Positions 25,825-39,529 are shown, counted from the first letter of the whole stretch. The stretch is DNA of 57,387 nucleotides, filler included, from Sphacelaria rigidula (GCA_964200075.2; 8 parts of 8 records of this genome joined end to end with filler, not necessarily neighbours in it), one strand, 5' to 3'. Program-made: numbers and translations. Notes: generated by a model not told the origin, from the sequence alone.

Positions 25825-28800
25825 CTGTCGGATGATCGCAAAATGACAACAAGTCTAACTCAAAGTGTGCGAGGCCATCGGAAAAGCGAACGATTATGCA
25901 TCCAGTCAACGAATAAGTAATACAGGGAAAACAGGGCCAGCATAGTGATTTGAGTTGTTTTGAGTATCACCCATTAGTATAATGCGGAAGCCTGACTCGA
26001 GCCATACAGGTCGTATAGGAAAAATACAGAGAGGTTCGACCCGATACCTCCCGATCGAATCATTGGGGAAATACAATATAATATCGAAAATCCTGAGTTC
26101 GATGATTCAAGACCACAAATGACTGCTGCCGAGATAGCCCCCCCACGAACCGGCCAAAAAAGTGCACAGAGAAGATGATAATAAATGTCGTTAGAGCTGG
26201 TTTCGTGCTGCAGGACGCGACTCATTTGTGCGTTACAGCTGATATCGGAGTGCTACACGCCTCTCGTGTGGGCGAAATTGCTGCAAACGAGCCAAATAGT
26301 GGAATCGCAGCCGTTTTGTTGGACGGTCTCCGGTGCACTTTTTGTGGGGGGCTATCTCGGCAGTAGTCTTTCGCTCGAATAAGAGCGTAGATCGGGGGGA
26401 AATCGAGGTCCCCCGAATCTGTAGGAAGTGACCTCCTGAGGCTTCCTTTTTATTTTTGTCGTTGCTTTCTCTCCCCTCTTTTTTTCTCTCTGCTTGTCCG
26501 CACGTGGAATATCATCATGTATGGTGCTCATTTACCGTAACAGTACAATATATCGATCCACCAAGATCATCAGACCACATGATAATAAGTTCATTCGGAC
26601 TGATCCAGACACGAAAATCAGGGGGAATTTCGGTATTTATTATTTGTGGAAACAATACCTATCTGTCCCGACAACTTCTGGCCCTTGCGTAAGTTGAGAC
26701 TAGCTCCTGAGCCGTGGGGAGTGCGTCGCGTCGGGTATTTACCGGGTATACCCCTGGCATTTACCGGGGTATCCCATACCGTGGTATCATAAGTATCGTA
26801 GGTATGAGTTTTGAAAATACCTAATGTGGCCAAATGTTGGCAACGCCTTCGTACTGCAGCTGCGGTAGCAGCAGTGAGATATTGCAAACCTATAGGTAGT
26901 ACAGCGCTATACAGCGACCTCTGTACGGTGAGGAGCAGTTGGATGTTTCTCCTACACGTGTCCGCCACGCAATTGGGGCGAACTACATAAACCCGACATC
27001 TGTTATCTCCTGTGCTGTACTGTACTTTGTATATTCATTATCGTTTATATCGTATCGGAGCCATGCTCGTCCCCAGCTCTTCCGTCTCAGTTCCACTTTC
27101 TTTTTACCGCTCAGACAATGGACTATTAAACTACAGGGTGGGAAGGAATAGAGAGTGGGGCATGAGCTGTTTGTGTCGGGTTCTCAGGGTTTGGTCTGGT
27201 CTGTAATCTTAAACAACGTCGAGCGTGGCTCGGGCGCCGGACGAATTGTTCGGCAAACAACATGGAAGAGGGGGGCTCTCTACTTCAAGTACAGAGGTGA
27301 GACGTGTTAACCAAGTTGTTCGAACATGCACGAAGCGTACGTATAACCACCACTTACCATGTCGAAAATGTCTAGAGCTGGCCCTCTGTTGAACGTCATG
27401 TATGTGTTTTTGTAGCAATCAAGGGGCGCCGCCGCTCGCGTGCTCACTCTATTCCGGTCCCCTGTCGCGCTTTAGGTTCGTCATGTGTGTAATGCTCTCT
27501 TTTCGTAGACCCTTGAAATTTGTCAGCGTTTTCAGAGGTGACACCCAGCGATCTCCGAAAATTAAGCGGCTTGATTTTTTCTTCGAAGCTTCACATTACA
27601 GTACCCACTTTCGAAGTGAAGAGCAGAAACAATCCAGTAGCTACGTCGTTGCCTGCTGTGCTGCTTTGATTGTATACCGTACCGTCTGTGCATCATATAG
27701 CTGATGGTGTAGTGGGTGTATCTGCGCATATAAGTCACAGAAAGCAAGTAAGCTGCAATCTTTGCACGGAGTTTTCTACAGTCGGCATATTTTTTTTTGT
27801 GTGTGTGCTGCGCAGTCCCTACTGTTGTTGTGTACGAGCTGGGCCAGCAGTAAACCCCGCATTAGCTTCCCACACCACAACTTCTCAAGGTTTCCAAATC
27901 AGCGCGACTTGAGCATATCGCCGTGAAGTGCAGACCAACCTGGTAAGACCCACTATTATGGCAGGCACGAATGTCGATTCTTTCAAAATCGGGGAACGCA
28001 TTGTGTGGACAGGAATTTGGACCAAATGGGGAACAAATGTACCATAAAATATATGACCTTAACGACGAACAAAAACAAGAGAATCTGTCGGGATTCGAAC
28101 TTATTACCTCCATAATTGGAGTCTCCTGTATCACTTGAGTGAAAGGTGCGCGGCCGTGTCACACGAAAAGTGCGATGCCGCGCCCAATTTGAGGTATTGT
28201 TGGCCGAAACTCTACCAGAATGTCGTTGAAGCGAGTGTCCGTGTGTGTTGGAGTGTTGCCGTCGTTTTGATCATTTTTCAAGGAATTTGTAGCATTTTTC
28301 CTTTTTTGCTGAAACTTGAACTCGCTCTACCTTCATGTGTTTTCGCTTTTTTTCTCTGTACCCCTGATAGGGTTACGCGGGTTGATGACAAAAATGCATG
28401 TCAATATTTCAGCGCCCAACCCTTTGGATTACTGATGGCATCCCCGCTCTTCGTTCAAAACTCACTGACGGCTGACCCAGCTCGTAGTTGACGATCTGCA
28501 ACAACTTTTCGGGTGCCACCGCTCATCCAAATAAACTTTTGATGCCGAAGGTTGCTGATCGGGAGATACTAAGTATCCGCGTCACACTCCGAACAACAAT
28601 CTTCTCTGCGCTCGAAATTGAACAACTTATGTGCTGAAGTGACANNNNNNNNNNNNNNNNNNNNNNNNNNNNNNNNNNNNNNNNNNNNTTAATTAATTAA
28701 NNNNNNNNNNNNNNNNNNNNNNNNNNNNNNNNNNNNNNNNNNNNAATGCGCCCAGCTGGTTAAGCGGTGGCTTCAGTGAAAGCTGTCACCTACACGATCA

Positions 28801-29462
28801 ATTTGACTCACCACTTGATCGCTACGACGTAGTCAGTCCATTGCAACAAAAGATCCCCTCTAGCAGGAAAAACTGATTGGTGCCTGAAACAGTTTCAGTT
28901 CCGAAATGCCCCCCCAGGAGTAAAAGTGCTTTGTGCGGTATCTCACCAACTAGACCGCCGAATTCTTCGAATGGGGTACTGTACGGTAGCTGCATGCACA
29001 GGACGTGTGCTCAAGCAAAAAAAAAGTTGCTTGTTAGGAACGCTAGAGCATCTAATCTGAATCTGAAACTACCCTCTGAATCTCACGAATACAGTGTTGA
29101 AAACAACCATATCTTGCCGAAGAAAACGTCAATTGTAAATCGTCATTTTCCCACCAACGGTCCCAAAAGGGTCAAAAATAGTACATCCTCGTTACTATCG
29201 AGTAGTCAAATGAGTTTGTTTGACGTGAGTTGACGCGGTGCAAGAGTGCTGATAGTCATGACCCAATCCGCGAGACCAAAATGCAAGGCGTGTACCGAAG
29301 AGAGATGGGTTGATCCTTCGAGACTAGTAGACCACGGACTCGTCCCGAGGAAGGTGAGGGGTTCAAAGTGCGACAAATAAAGTGATGAATGAAATAATAA
29401 TATCAAACAAATCGCGATAACCGCGCGATATGGACCAGACAGCCGGGTTATGTTACACGTGT

Positions 29463-32400
29463 TTATCGCTGCGCAGGCGTTGGATTTGGATACATGATGC
29501 TTACATCATCGTCTTGGTCGCAGATGACGGCCACTTCGTCTCGAAGATGCAACGGCACCCCCTGACCACGGAAAAAATCTTTCAGTTTTGATGGCCTACT
29601 CCGCCAAACTGGGCGGAAACGATCGCCATCTCGCCGTCGCCTAGCAAAAAAAACGAAATACACCAGTGCGAGTGCACAGGAGGCAGCGTACACACGGGTA
29701 TTAACACGGACATGACGCTTGGCACCGTGAACCAGAGTTTGCTCGTTGACGCTCAAGTACATGAAGAGGTACACCGTGCGGTATCCTGTGCTAAAAAGAA
29801 TGGGGTTCACAGCATACCGCGACACAAACATCAAAGTACCACAGTACTGCAGGTCCTGCGCATGTGCAGCCTCAGCAACACCTTCACAACAATCTCGGGA
29901 TGCGGCTTCAAACTAAGCATAGAGTCAAAGAGTGAAGTCATACGCATGAGCACCAGCTGGCCAGAGCGAAATCCCGGAGGGGTCTCTCCCACCTAACCAC
30001 CCGGGGACACCACATGTCTACATGCCTCAACACCTACGCAACAACGGCAGCGACCAATGCCTCATCGACGGTGGTAGTACTCATGTCCTCGCACCTCACG
30101 TCCAGCTTCGTCCCAGGTGGAAGATTATATAACACCATGCCCTGTTCTTCCTCCGACTGGTTCGCTATGCCTTGCTCGCCACCTTGCAACGGACCACCAT
30201 CGGCTGCAACTCCGCTGACGTGAAGCTTCAAACTTCGAGATTCGCCGTTGTCCGGGTGAGCGTTGCTACCCGCTAAGCCGTCCTCTGGCTGTATCCGAAG
30301 GAAATCTCCTGCGCTTGAACGAGAAAAGCGATGGGAAAGTAAACTACACCGAGGGTCACCGTCAGGTATCTGTATCGTCACGCATTGGCCGTGTCACGCA
30401 GACCATCAAATGGTAGGCGGATGCACGGGAGAGTTGGGGAACTGCGCACGGTTCATGTTCACGTCGACTATACAAGACGACCTGTCGACAAGCATCGATC
30501 AGGTGAAACGAATGTTCATGGACACCGCTCGTCTTTCAGGTTTGTAAACAATACTGGCACGAATAATGTGATTTATCGAAAACTCAAATCAGCAAATGAT
30601 TCACGTTATATACATCAAAGTATCGGGAAAACCTTGGTCGATGGCGTAATAATAAAGCTTGCCCGTCTAGTAGGATCAACATCATAATGTTTGGCAAAAC
30701 CACAAGTTCCACTCGACCCGCAATACTCGTGGTGTAGTAGCATCGAGGACGCTGTCTCCCATTCAACATGGATCACTCGATGGACATACGGTACCTACCT
30801 AACCGACGAAGAACTAGGCCGCCCCCCAGCGACAAAGACCATTTGTTGTCACCGCTGTCCACTTGGCGCATTAGAAGCTGCAATTGAGCGTAAGGGAGCG
30901 CCGCACCCCTAGTGTTCGCTGCCCACGAAGAGAGTCAAGGAAGGGAAGGGACGGGACGCGGCGGACGGCAATGACATTAAAGTGCAAGGCAACGGACGGC
31001 GATCTAATTGGACCTTGGTGGAGAGTGTCGACCTCGTCCAACGGACGATTGTGTGTATGCTCCCAGGCTTGAACTCATGCAGAGCTGATCCAGGCTGCTG
31101 TACCGGTACAATCAACGAATATGGTGAGTCACGCCGACAAGTGCGGGTGGGCGTGTCTACAAACGCAAGTTTCATATTTTTCGACGGCACTCGCGTGACT
31201 GCGGGTGGGTCTATCACGGTTCAGCGGTTCTGTTAACGAGCGAAAATAAATCAATCCACCTCTCACTCGTCGCGCGATTTCACGCCCTCCAGAGCAGGAT
31301 GCTGCAACGTGGCTCCTGATTCCTACTGTAGCCTCCTTCCCTCACCTAACTCGCTGGCCTAACATTTTCAAAATCGTCCGTGTTTTCGATCCGATCTCCA
31401 CCGAACCCTGATCGACCAAGACAAACAGCGCATTCCTTATGTCGGGAGTTTCGCTTGTGAAACACGCACCTGTGACGAATCTGTGAAGGAGCTCCTCACG
31501 TACAAACTCCGGCAGGGGCCGCTCGCTGCCCTCTCTGTCTCCTGGATCATTCCCATGTACCCGTGAGAATGGCAAGAGAGGGAACAAGTCTACTCGCCGC
31601 CGCGCTGGCGCTGGCGCCGCCGCACCGCCAGAACTCTCCCGCTTTTGAAAATCGGACTGCCCCTTCTTGCCACCGGCATCAAGGGCAGAAGCGGATACAG
31701 AACCAGTGCATGTGTAGTGTTGGTTCTCCCAGTGCTCTGCCTCCAGCTGGACCATTTCTCGCGCCAGTCTGCTCTGTCGGGATAACTCGTCCAGTCGGGT
31801 ATCGAGAGCGCGGGCACCGCCGGCCAGGTCTCGCAACAGCGGCATCAGCTGGAGTCTTGGTGTGCAGACGACGATGACCACGACGGTGGCAGCGGCGGCG
31901 ATGGGAAAGAGAGGGGGCAGAAAGAGATTAGGGGGAGAAACATTCACACACAACGGGCGGCAAAACCCCACGAACACACAATAAAAAGACGTCCGTATTC
32001 ACCTATCCCTACATCCTCACCACGTGCCCACCTGGATAAGCTCGATGATATACATCGCTTGGCCGGTGTGATGAATAAAATAAGTCAACGGTGTTCTTCT
32101 GTGAGGTATTTTTGCTATATTACCCACCGGATGCGATTTCGCGTGCACTTGGCGACTTGATTGCTGCCATCTTCCCTCCAGGCTTGCTCCCTCTTTTGCA
32201 GAAACTCCACCATGTCGGATTTGCTAGCCCCGAGCAAAGGTCGAATAAACGGAGCGGCCACCCACTCCATGCCCTGAATCAAAGCGAGACGCATTCGATG
32301 TACCATATATACTTTTATAGAGATATTCGGAGAAGTAACCGCATAGTTGAATTTCCCTATCTTCGCCTTCACGTTACACTCAAGAGGATTTCACACTTTA

Positions 32401-34571
32401 CCACACAGAGCAATGAAAGCTAACAGTACACGGGGGGAAAACGCTCCTGGTTTTCATTTTTTGCCACACGAGCGACGCAGTGATGACCTGCACATACCTG
32501 CATGTCAAATGACGTAATGCGTACACCTGTCCAACTCACCGAGCCTAGCGCACGGTATCACCAGGCAGAGGATATACTCTTCGCCTCGTGCTGCTATTGA
32601 TATTCTAGCCGCAACGTGTACAATACGTTGTAAAGGTACCCGGTCCGCCTGACCTAATTTTTCGGCCTTCCAGCGCAACATCTGCAGCCTATTTCCTTCC
32701 TCCACTCCTTGTCCCGTCGGGTCTCACCTGCATATTCGTGATGTGCGCCCCACGCAGCGCCTTCAGCAACACCGTCTCCGCCTGATCATCCCTATGATGA
32801 GCAGTTGCGATAAACCCACGTCCGCCCCCACCCACTTCTCTGCCATCTACTCCACCACTTGTAGCCTTGCGTAACATCCCCTGTAGGATATCGCGGGCCT
32901 GTGCCTGCCGCCATTTGCGAGCTCTCTCCTGCATGCCGGGCCCCGCACCGCCGGTGCCGCCGTCTTCTGCTCGCTGCCAACGCCTGACGTGGGAAATGAT
33001 CCCCAAGCTTTTGGTCAAATCGGAGACAAACAACTCGTCGGCATCAGAGTCTTTGCCTCTCAAGGCATGGTTGAAGTGCGCCACTTCCAGCTGCAGGGGA
33101 GGTTGGAAGAATGGCGCTGCGCGGTGCAAGGCGACGAGGAGGGCTACCGAGTCGCTTCCTCCACTTACAAGGATGAGTATCTGGGTAATCAAACAGAGGA
33201 AGATTCGAGAGAGAGATCCCAGAAGGGGAGATGGTTCGGCTGACGATCTACCATTATTTCACGGAAAATTCACGCGAGTCGCGGGCGCATTTAAGGTATC
33301 CAGTTCGTTCACTACTTTAGTCCTCGAAACAACACCTTGAGAAAACGACGAGCACGTACTATTCGGGATTCCCTGACATGAGGTAGGACTGAGAGCAGTA
33401 ATATGCATCCCTTTCATGTCGCTCCTGAACCCTTCGCAAACAACAATATTCACAAACTGTGGTGGTGATGTTTAGTGCTGCAGGTCCACCTGATCGCCAC
33501 CCCGCACGCCGCAGCATTGATCCAAAGTCGTGGCTATCTGCTGCACTAACGGCTCCAGATTGCAGATTTCATCCAGACCGCAACCGCCGCTTCCACTCCG
33601 AGTAGCTACAGCACTAGTATTATAGCTTCTCGCATCTACTTTCGAGATCGCTTTTGCCGTATGTCCCCTCTTCGTCGCTCGATTCGTGTCAGAACGATGA
33701 ACGAGGCGGACGCTGCCACTAGCGACTGTACTTGCAGTTTCGTTCCGTCGATCGTGCACTTGTTTTGCCGTGTCGCCCTCGACACGTAACGAACCACCGC
33801 GCACAGACGCAGCAGCTAGATCCCAGCGCTCATATTGGCGCTGTCGCTGCCGTGCTGGCCACGACCAACGGTTGCATGCTGATCCCGCCGGAAGGATTGT
33901 GCTCTTCACAAAAGCGGAAGATGGTTGGTCGGTTCGCTCCGGAGCCCAAGGCAAACCACCCGTGAGCCGTGATGCTCGGTGTTTGTCGTGCTGCCCCGAT
34001 TGCTTACATTTACAATACGAGGCGAGGTGATACCGCAAGCTGTTGAGGGGAGGAGCTGAGCCGCGCCCTGGACTTGCCTTTTCAAAACGTTATTCCCAAA
34101 GTAGGACGCGTAGCGTGGGCGCAACGGTGGCAATGTAAGGTGTAGCGCATGTTTTCACACACTGCCCATCGGTCTTCGACGTAACAGTGAAGTTTATCTG
34201 TGATGGGAGCAATTCAAATTCGAGAGTTCTGCCGCACGCAGACAATACAAGACAGAAGATGTTCTGTGTGCCGTACAGGAAGCACCTGCGCTTGACATAG
34301 CATGTGAACCATAGTGAAACATACAGTTTTTATGTGACCAACCAAGATCAATTGTTGCAAGAGGGGGGCGACGGGTTTTGGCGCGGTGATTCTGCTCACC
34401 AGATGGTGTGCGCTGTGTATGGTGTGTTGCACTGTTTGCGGAACGCACAAGGCCAATTGTCCTCACCTTCCTCCCTCCTGCTGCAGAAACCGCCATCCAG
34501 AACATCAGCAGCGGAAGATTAATTTGAGGGTATTGATACCCACGAAGAACTGCCGACGACACGCATCTCAT
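29463..34571 (-). CDS. tilS: tRNA(Ile)-lysidine synthetase (TilS/MesJ family), nuclear, spliced, ~700 aa, probably organelle-targeted
   Basis: Hand-spliced GT-AG exons with consistent phases: 34571-34467 (tentative first exon), 33990-33490 (acceptor tentative), 33180-32728, 32273-32128, 31855-31470, 30918-30799, 30308-30095, 29640-29463 (or a further donor at 29505). Motifs: PP-loop VSGGSDS, HFNHALRG, ATAHHRDDQAETVLLKALRG, IRPLL, WREDGSN, RNRIRLQLMP, and TilS C-terminal RRRDGDRFRP...KLKDFF...VPLHLRD. Confidence 0.93.
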
Positions 34572-34713
34572 CCCGACCTCATCCAACCGTCATCGACGTT
34601 TTGTTGGCTGCTACCGCCGTGCGCAAGGGCGCTTCTTCTACGTATACACTTGTTTTCTATCTTCATTTTAGATTGAAGTCGGTGACATCCCGTGAGTCAC
34701 TAAACCGTCGTAC

Positions 34714-34765
34714 GAGCTGAGCAAAGGGTATGACTCTAGCTAGAGTCATACCCTTTGGAGCTGAG
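34714..34765. mobile_element. 36-bp perfect palindrome flanked by an 8-bp direct repeat (minimal TIR element or footprint)
   Basis: GAGCTGAG + CAAAGGGTATGACTCTAG|CTAGAGTCATACCCTTTG (34722-34757) + GAGCTGAG. Confidence 0.85.
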
Positions 34766-36756
34766 CCAGACTAGAAGCCCACATTCCTCTAGCAACACAC
34801 GATGACTTTTCAAGTTCATCGAATTATTCAGATGTAAGCATACCACTGTGAACTTCAGCCCACCCTGTTGCTGAAACGCTTCACCGCTGTTCGATTAGGG
34901 ACGTTTTATCGATGACGTTATTATACTGACTACATCCGGCGAAGCATGCACGCAAGATCGTGTCATGAAACCGTGGGGTTTTTTTTCTGTTTTTAAAACA
35001 GCGGCGGAATTACATGATTACACCGCACAGGACATGAGACATGAGAGACATCTGTCGATACGCAGAGACAAAAGCGCTCTGTTGTTGCTGCAGCATGGAA
35101 TCGAGCTCACCAGAAGCTTCAAAATGTCAGAGGACCTCCGAATCGTATGTTACGCAAGATAAAGTGAGGAATACGTTCCAATTGAGATTGCAATACACTC
35201 GAGCCAAACGAGACCGCGATGAAGGTTTCCACAAGTTTTGACTACTGTGTGGAGGAGGCAGGAGCAGCAGTGCATGAATTGAGGTTGAGCGGGGAATATG
35301 GCAGCAGAGGTGATGTCCTTGACCAAGCAGTCTTACAGCTGCTTCAGCCAAGCTCGATACCAATATCGAGTAAGAGGAAATCTGACTCAAAACTCCCGAA
35401 AGTCAAGTTTCAGTGGGAATCGTGTATCAGATGTACTCGTGCAGCAACGCTCGCGAATCCAGGGTACGCTCTGTGCAAGCGCGAACTGTCTCGTTCGCCC
35501 CGTGCTGATGTTTGATCTCGTGTGAACAGTGCTCCTTCTTGTAGGGTCACGGTTTGCTATGTGTGAGTGTAAAACGTTCAAACGCGCAAGGTCGGTATCT
35601 ACTTTGTGAGCAGCTACCACTTGTGCTGCACTGACTGTATTGTCAGGACAGCACGCTCCGTATCTTGTGCAGTGTGTACACCTACCCCTGCTGCGAAATA
35701 TGTATATTTTTGACGCGACACTTCTGCCAGCTTCTACAAAGAACAGCCGATCCTAATTTTTGGGGTTGAGATATAAAATGAGGTTGAAGTCCCATTTCTT
35801 CATTGCAGGGAAGATACGAAAGAGTTACACNNNNNNNNNNNNNNNNNNNNNNNNNNNNNNNNNNNNNNNNNNNNTTAATTAATTAANNNNNNNNNNNNNN
35901 NNNNNNNNNNNNNNNNNNNNNNNNNNNNNNCCAACTCGTCTGTGTCGATGAGATATTGCTTTTAGAGCTTAAATCCGTTTTTAGGCTGGCCCAGCTCGTA
36001 TATCTGTTCTAGAAAAGCTCAGATCGCCCTCAAACTTGGCAGTTCCGTAGGTATTGATGCCCCAAATGGAAAAATTGTGTTGCTGACAATTTCATGGTGT
36101 CTCCGTTCTCTACCCGCTTCCGAGGATCCCAGTATGAAGACCCTCGGAAGGCGGTACAGAATGTCCTTCAAGGAAAATAGTAATATGATGCGTCCTGGGA
36201 TCGTCCAAGGAACACATGTACAAAGTTTGGTGCAGACACTCGGAAACCTCATACAGTTTTTCTTGCCTTGACGTGAAATTTACCAATAAAGGACGTTTCT
36301 ATAGTAAAACCAAGTAGTTAGGAGTTGCACATTTCAAGCCCACGTCCTCCACACACGCGCAAACCTTCACGCCGTGATTGGGAGTTAAATCCTGAAACTT
36401 TGCAAAAATATGCTAGGTATCATCACGCAACTTTCTATGGATCATGATTTTCACTTCTCAAGGTTTTCAACGTTTTTCGGGGGTCCGACGGGGGTCCAGG
36501 TCGTTTTTCGAAGCAGTCTCCATTCTTGGACCCGGGAATACCGGCACGACGATACATATATTTTCATTTTTTGTGAGCGAGCTGCCCCCGCATAACCCGA
36601 GGAAGGGTCCCACAAACTTTTGCAGCAAAACTCGATCAACTGATGCTTGAATCTTCGTGTCCACGTCAAAGAAGGAAGGCCCAAAAACGCCGTTTTCGTA
36701 CTACAATCAAGTACTGTGCGGTTACACCGCGGCACGTCAAAGTTCATCGCACGAAA

Positions 36757-37047
36757 GCGAAAAACCTCACGCCGTTCTGAGGAGTTGGACCCTGAATTTT
36801 TGCACAGCTGTGCTATGGGTCATTTCGCAACTTTGGATGCACGAGGTTTTTCGAGTTTTTTTTCTTTACCGTTCCACGGGGGTCCGATTGGATCGATCTT
36901 TCCCGGAAAAAAATAGGACCCCCGAAAAACGGTGAAAAAAGTAAAGAAAAGAAGAACGTCGACCTTCGAAAGTTGCATAATGCCCCATAGAACATCTGTG
37001 CAAAATCTCAGGGTCTAACTCCTTAAAACGGCGTGAGGTTTTGGCGA
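36757..37047. repeat. Long imperfect palindrome (fold-back element arm)
   Basis: AAAACCTCACGCCGTTCTGAGGAGTTGGACCCTGAATTTTTGCACAG is inverted as CTGTGCAAAATCTCAGGGTCTAACTCCTTAAAACGGCGTGAGGTTTT. A third diverged arm copy lies at 36360-36495. Confidence 0.85.
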
Positions 37048-37414
37048 TGAGTGTTTGGTGGGTGATGACTATGCAGCCGTTATGTCTTCTTTGGGTGTTG
37101 TTGTAGAGGTACACGGCTCCCAGGTCGCGCCAACTTCACGATGTATGTGCAACCTGGTGCAACTCCAACTTAATGCCATGATAGTGTGTATGTCTTGGTT
37201 CCCGTTCAGAATCTTGACGGAAAAACAACGCGTACAAAATTCTTGAAAAATAAATTTCTGAACGGCTCCCGTCAGAGTTGGCCTAACGCCGTGTCTTGGC
37301 ACATCATATTTTGATCGAAAAATTTGTGGTGGAAAAGAAAAAATCCGATGTGATGAGTCGTGATTTTAACCGTCTTCAAAATAAGGTACGATAGTTGAAA
37401 TCTGAGACACACCC

Positions 37415-37590
37415 TTCGCACATTATTTTTCGATCGACAAATGTGCGGTGGAAAAGGAAAATTCCGATCTGAGGTCTACATCAATAGCGATAGATGGGTC
37501 GTGATTCAACTATCGCCATTGATGTTTACATCAGATCGGAATTTTCCTTTCCCACCGCACTTCTTCGATCGAAAAATAATGTGTCGAGAC
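37415..37590. repeat. Imperfect palindrome with ~75-bp arms
   Basis: CACATTATTTTCGATCGA...GGAAAATTCCGATCTGA...CATCAATAGCGATAG is inverted at 37510-37585. An extra arm copy lies at 37290-37355. Confidence 0.85.
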
Positions 37591-39383
37591 ACGGCCTAAG
37601 ACGCGGCCTTGCACGGTGAAAAAAAACTTCGCAAAACAATTACACCAGATGTATGTTGCCCAATACTTTGAAAATTCACCTAGGAGCGACCAACAGTCGA
37701 ACTCCAAGTTGATTCCGTCGAGAATCACCGCCCCCGTGATGGACCGGTCTGTGATGCTTGCTACCTTAACCCTTAGACCGCATGGTTAGTCTTCCGTCGA
37801 ATCGGCATCAATTTCAAGTGAAAAAAAGTATGCATGATCCAGAAAGACTACAATCTCGCGGCCTAAGGGTCAACCCTGGTGCTGCCTGTGAGGGGATTTA
37901 CCCCCTTCCCGAGATAATTAATACTGGTTCGTAGCAAGATCACATGATTCGCACCGACTCGGCGTCACAGCTACGTCTGGCGCGAGAAGGCGGCCGAACG
38001 TTGAGGACAGCAACCTCACATGAATGAAGAAGCCTCCGTCGTGCTTGTTGCCGCTGCCTCTGGGCCGGTTTGATATCGTACCCTCGAAAATTGTCGAAGA
38101 ATGAAAGTCTTCCGATTGAAGCGCGAGTCGCTCATTATCATCCTCTCAACTCCCACAGCACCCTGAGTGCCTTGCGCCACCGAACCTGCGGCTTCGACAC
38201 CCACGCGCGGCATCAAGCAACATACAACCTTTCACGGTTAGGACGAATCATCACGGGTCCGAATCACCAAATCCACGATTTCTTCGGCCTGATTGCCCGA
38301 AAGGGAGGGAAAGGTTGACCACTGGGTATCCACGCAACGTTTGCGCCATTCCACGCGTCTGGGCTGCGTGTACCTGGGTTGTAACGCTGAAAACAAAGCC
38401 TAGAGATTGATGTGGGTGGGTGCAGCCTCTGCTGCCACGATTCTCTCTGCCGCTGCGTTTTAAAAAAGACCAAGCGGCTCTTTCCTAATAATCACTATGC
38501 ATCACTGTATGTGCGTCAGCCGGAAACACGCGCCCAAAATTTTCAAATGTGGTCAATGGCAACAGTCCTCAAGGACGATTTCCCCGACTATACATCATTA
38601 GGAAATGCTTGCTGTGAACTAGTCGTCCGTGAAAAAATTCCCAGTAAGTGAACGTTGCTTTCAAACATTGAGCGCTGTATATGGGTATGGAGCGAAATCG
38701 CGATGCGCCATTGTGGTTGAAAGGGATAGGGTTAGATTTAGGGAAGGTAAACTTGTGTCAAGTCATGAGACCAGTTCCGTTGAACACTGTATTCAATATA
38801 TCATTTTACTGTTTCAGCATAAACATCGTGCAGTAATATGATCTACAAATGAAAACCAATCTCGGCACCATGATTAGCGCACGTACAAAGCGAGCGCAAA
38901 ATGGAGATGGCCAGGGATGCTGGCGGGCCCCAGCGCCAAAGGGGAACATATTGACGACCGACTACAATTTTTCGGGAGACAAGCGCATGGTGTACGTGTG
39001 TGTGCAATAAAGCATAAACTTGGCGGTACCGTGCCAATCGGAACGCAAAACGGGCGTAGCCCCCTTTGCAGGCGCATGCTCTTCCTTAAGACGAACAAGT
39101 GTGCCGCCGCCTCATTGCCAGGAGACATTGGTTTCAACAGAGGAGGCATTGGTTTCAATAACTTGTCCACCATTTCCGCTGGTGGTGCTGCGCTGGCTGT
39201 GGGTGCTGTTGGGTCTACAGTGCTAGCCGTAGACACAGTAGCAGCAGAAGCAGCAGCGGTGCCTGCAGGGCCAAGACCACCATGACAATTGCTACCGTCG
39301 ATGATCGGGGTCGTTTTGTCCTTTTGTCGGCGTTACGTTCCTACGGTGCAGGCGCCATAAATGTTTTTTTGCTTCTAGGGTGT

Positions 39384-39455
39384 CCGCGGGCGGTCTAGTG
39401 GTTGAACGGTCGCCATTGGGGTGAAGAGAATTTGGGTTCGATTCCCGATGCGTCG
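39384..39455 (+). pseudogene. tRNA-Pro-like pseudo-tRNA or SINE head, copy 1
   Basis: A-box-like GGTCTAGTGG, TTGGGGTGAAGAG resembling the tRNA-Pro anticodon arm, B-box GGGTTCGATTCCC and a downstream T-run. The acceptor and anticodon stems pair poorly. Confidence 0.6.
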
Positions 39456-39529
39456 AGTTTTTCTTCGAAGTATCTGACTTCTACCGTCGTAAGCGTGAGT
39501 ACCTGAGAAAACAAAAGTGTTTGACTCGG

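Noticed and set aside
31342-31469. C-terminal part of the 211-aa ORF as tilS coding sequence
   Set aside because: The donor at 31470 joins in phase to exon 30918-30799, whereas the donor at 31346 gives an incompatible phase.
38000-39290. Coding-like ORFs of 120-122 aa (also 34960-35520 and 41950-42550)
   Set aside because: No recognisable motifs, no consistent exon chain and stops in all frames nearby. They may be decayed transposon sequence but cannot be assigned.
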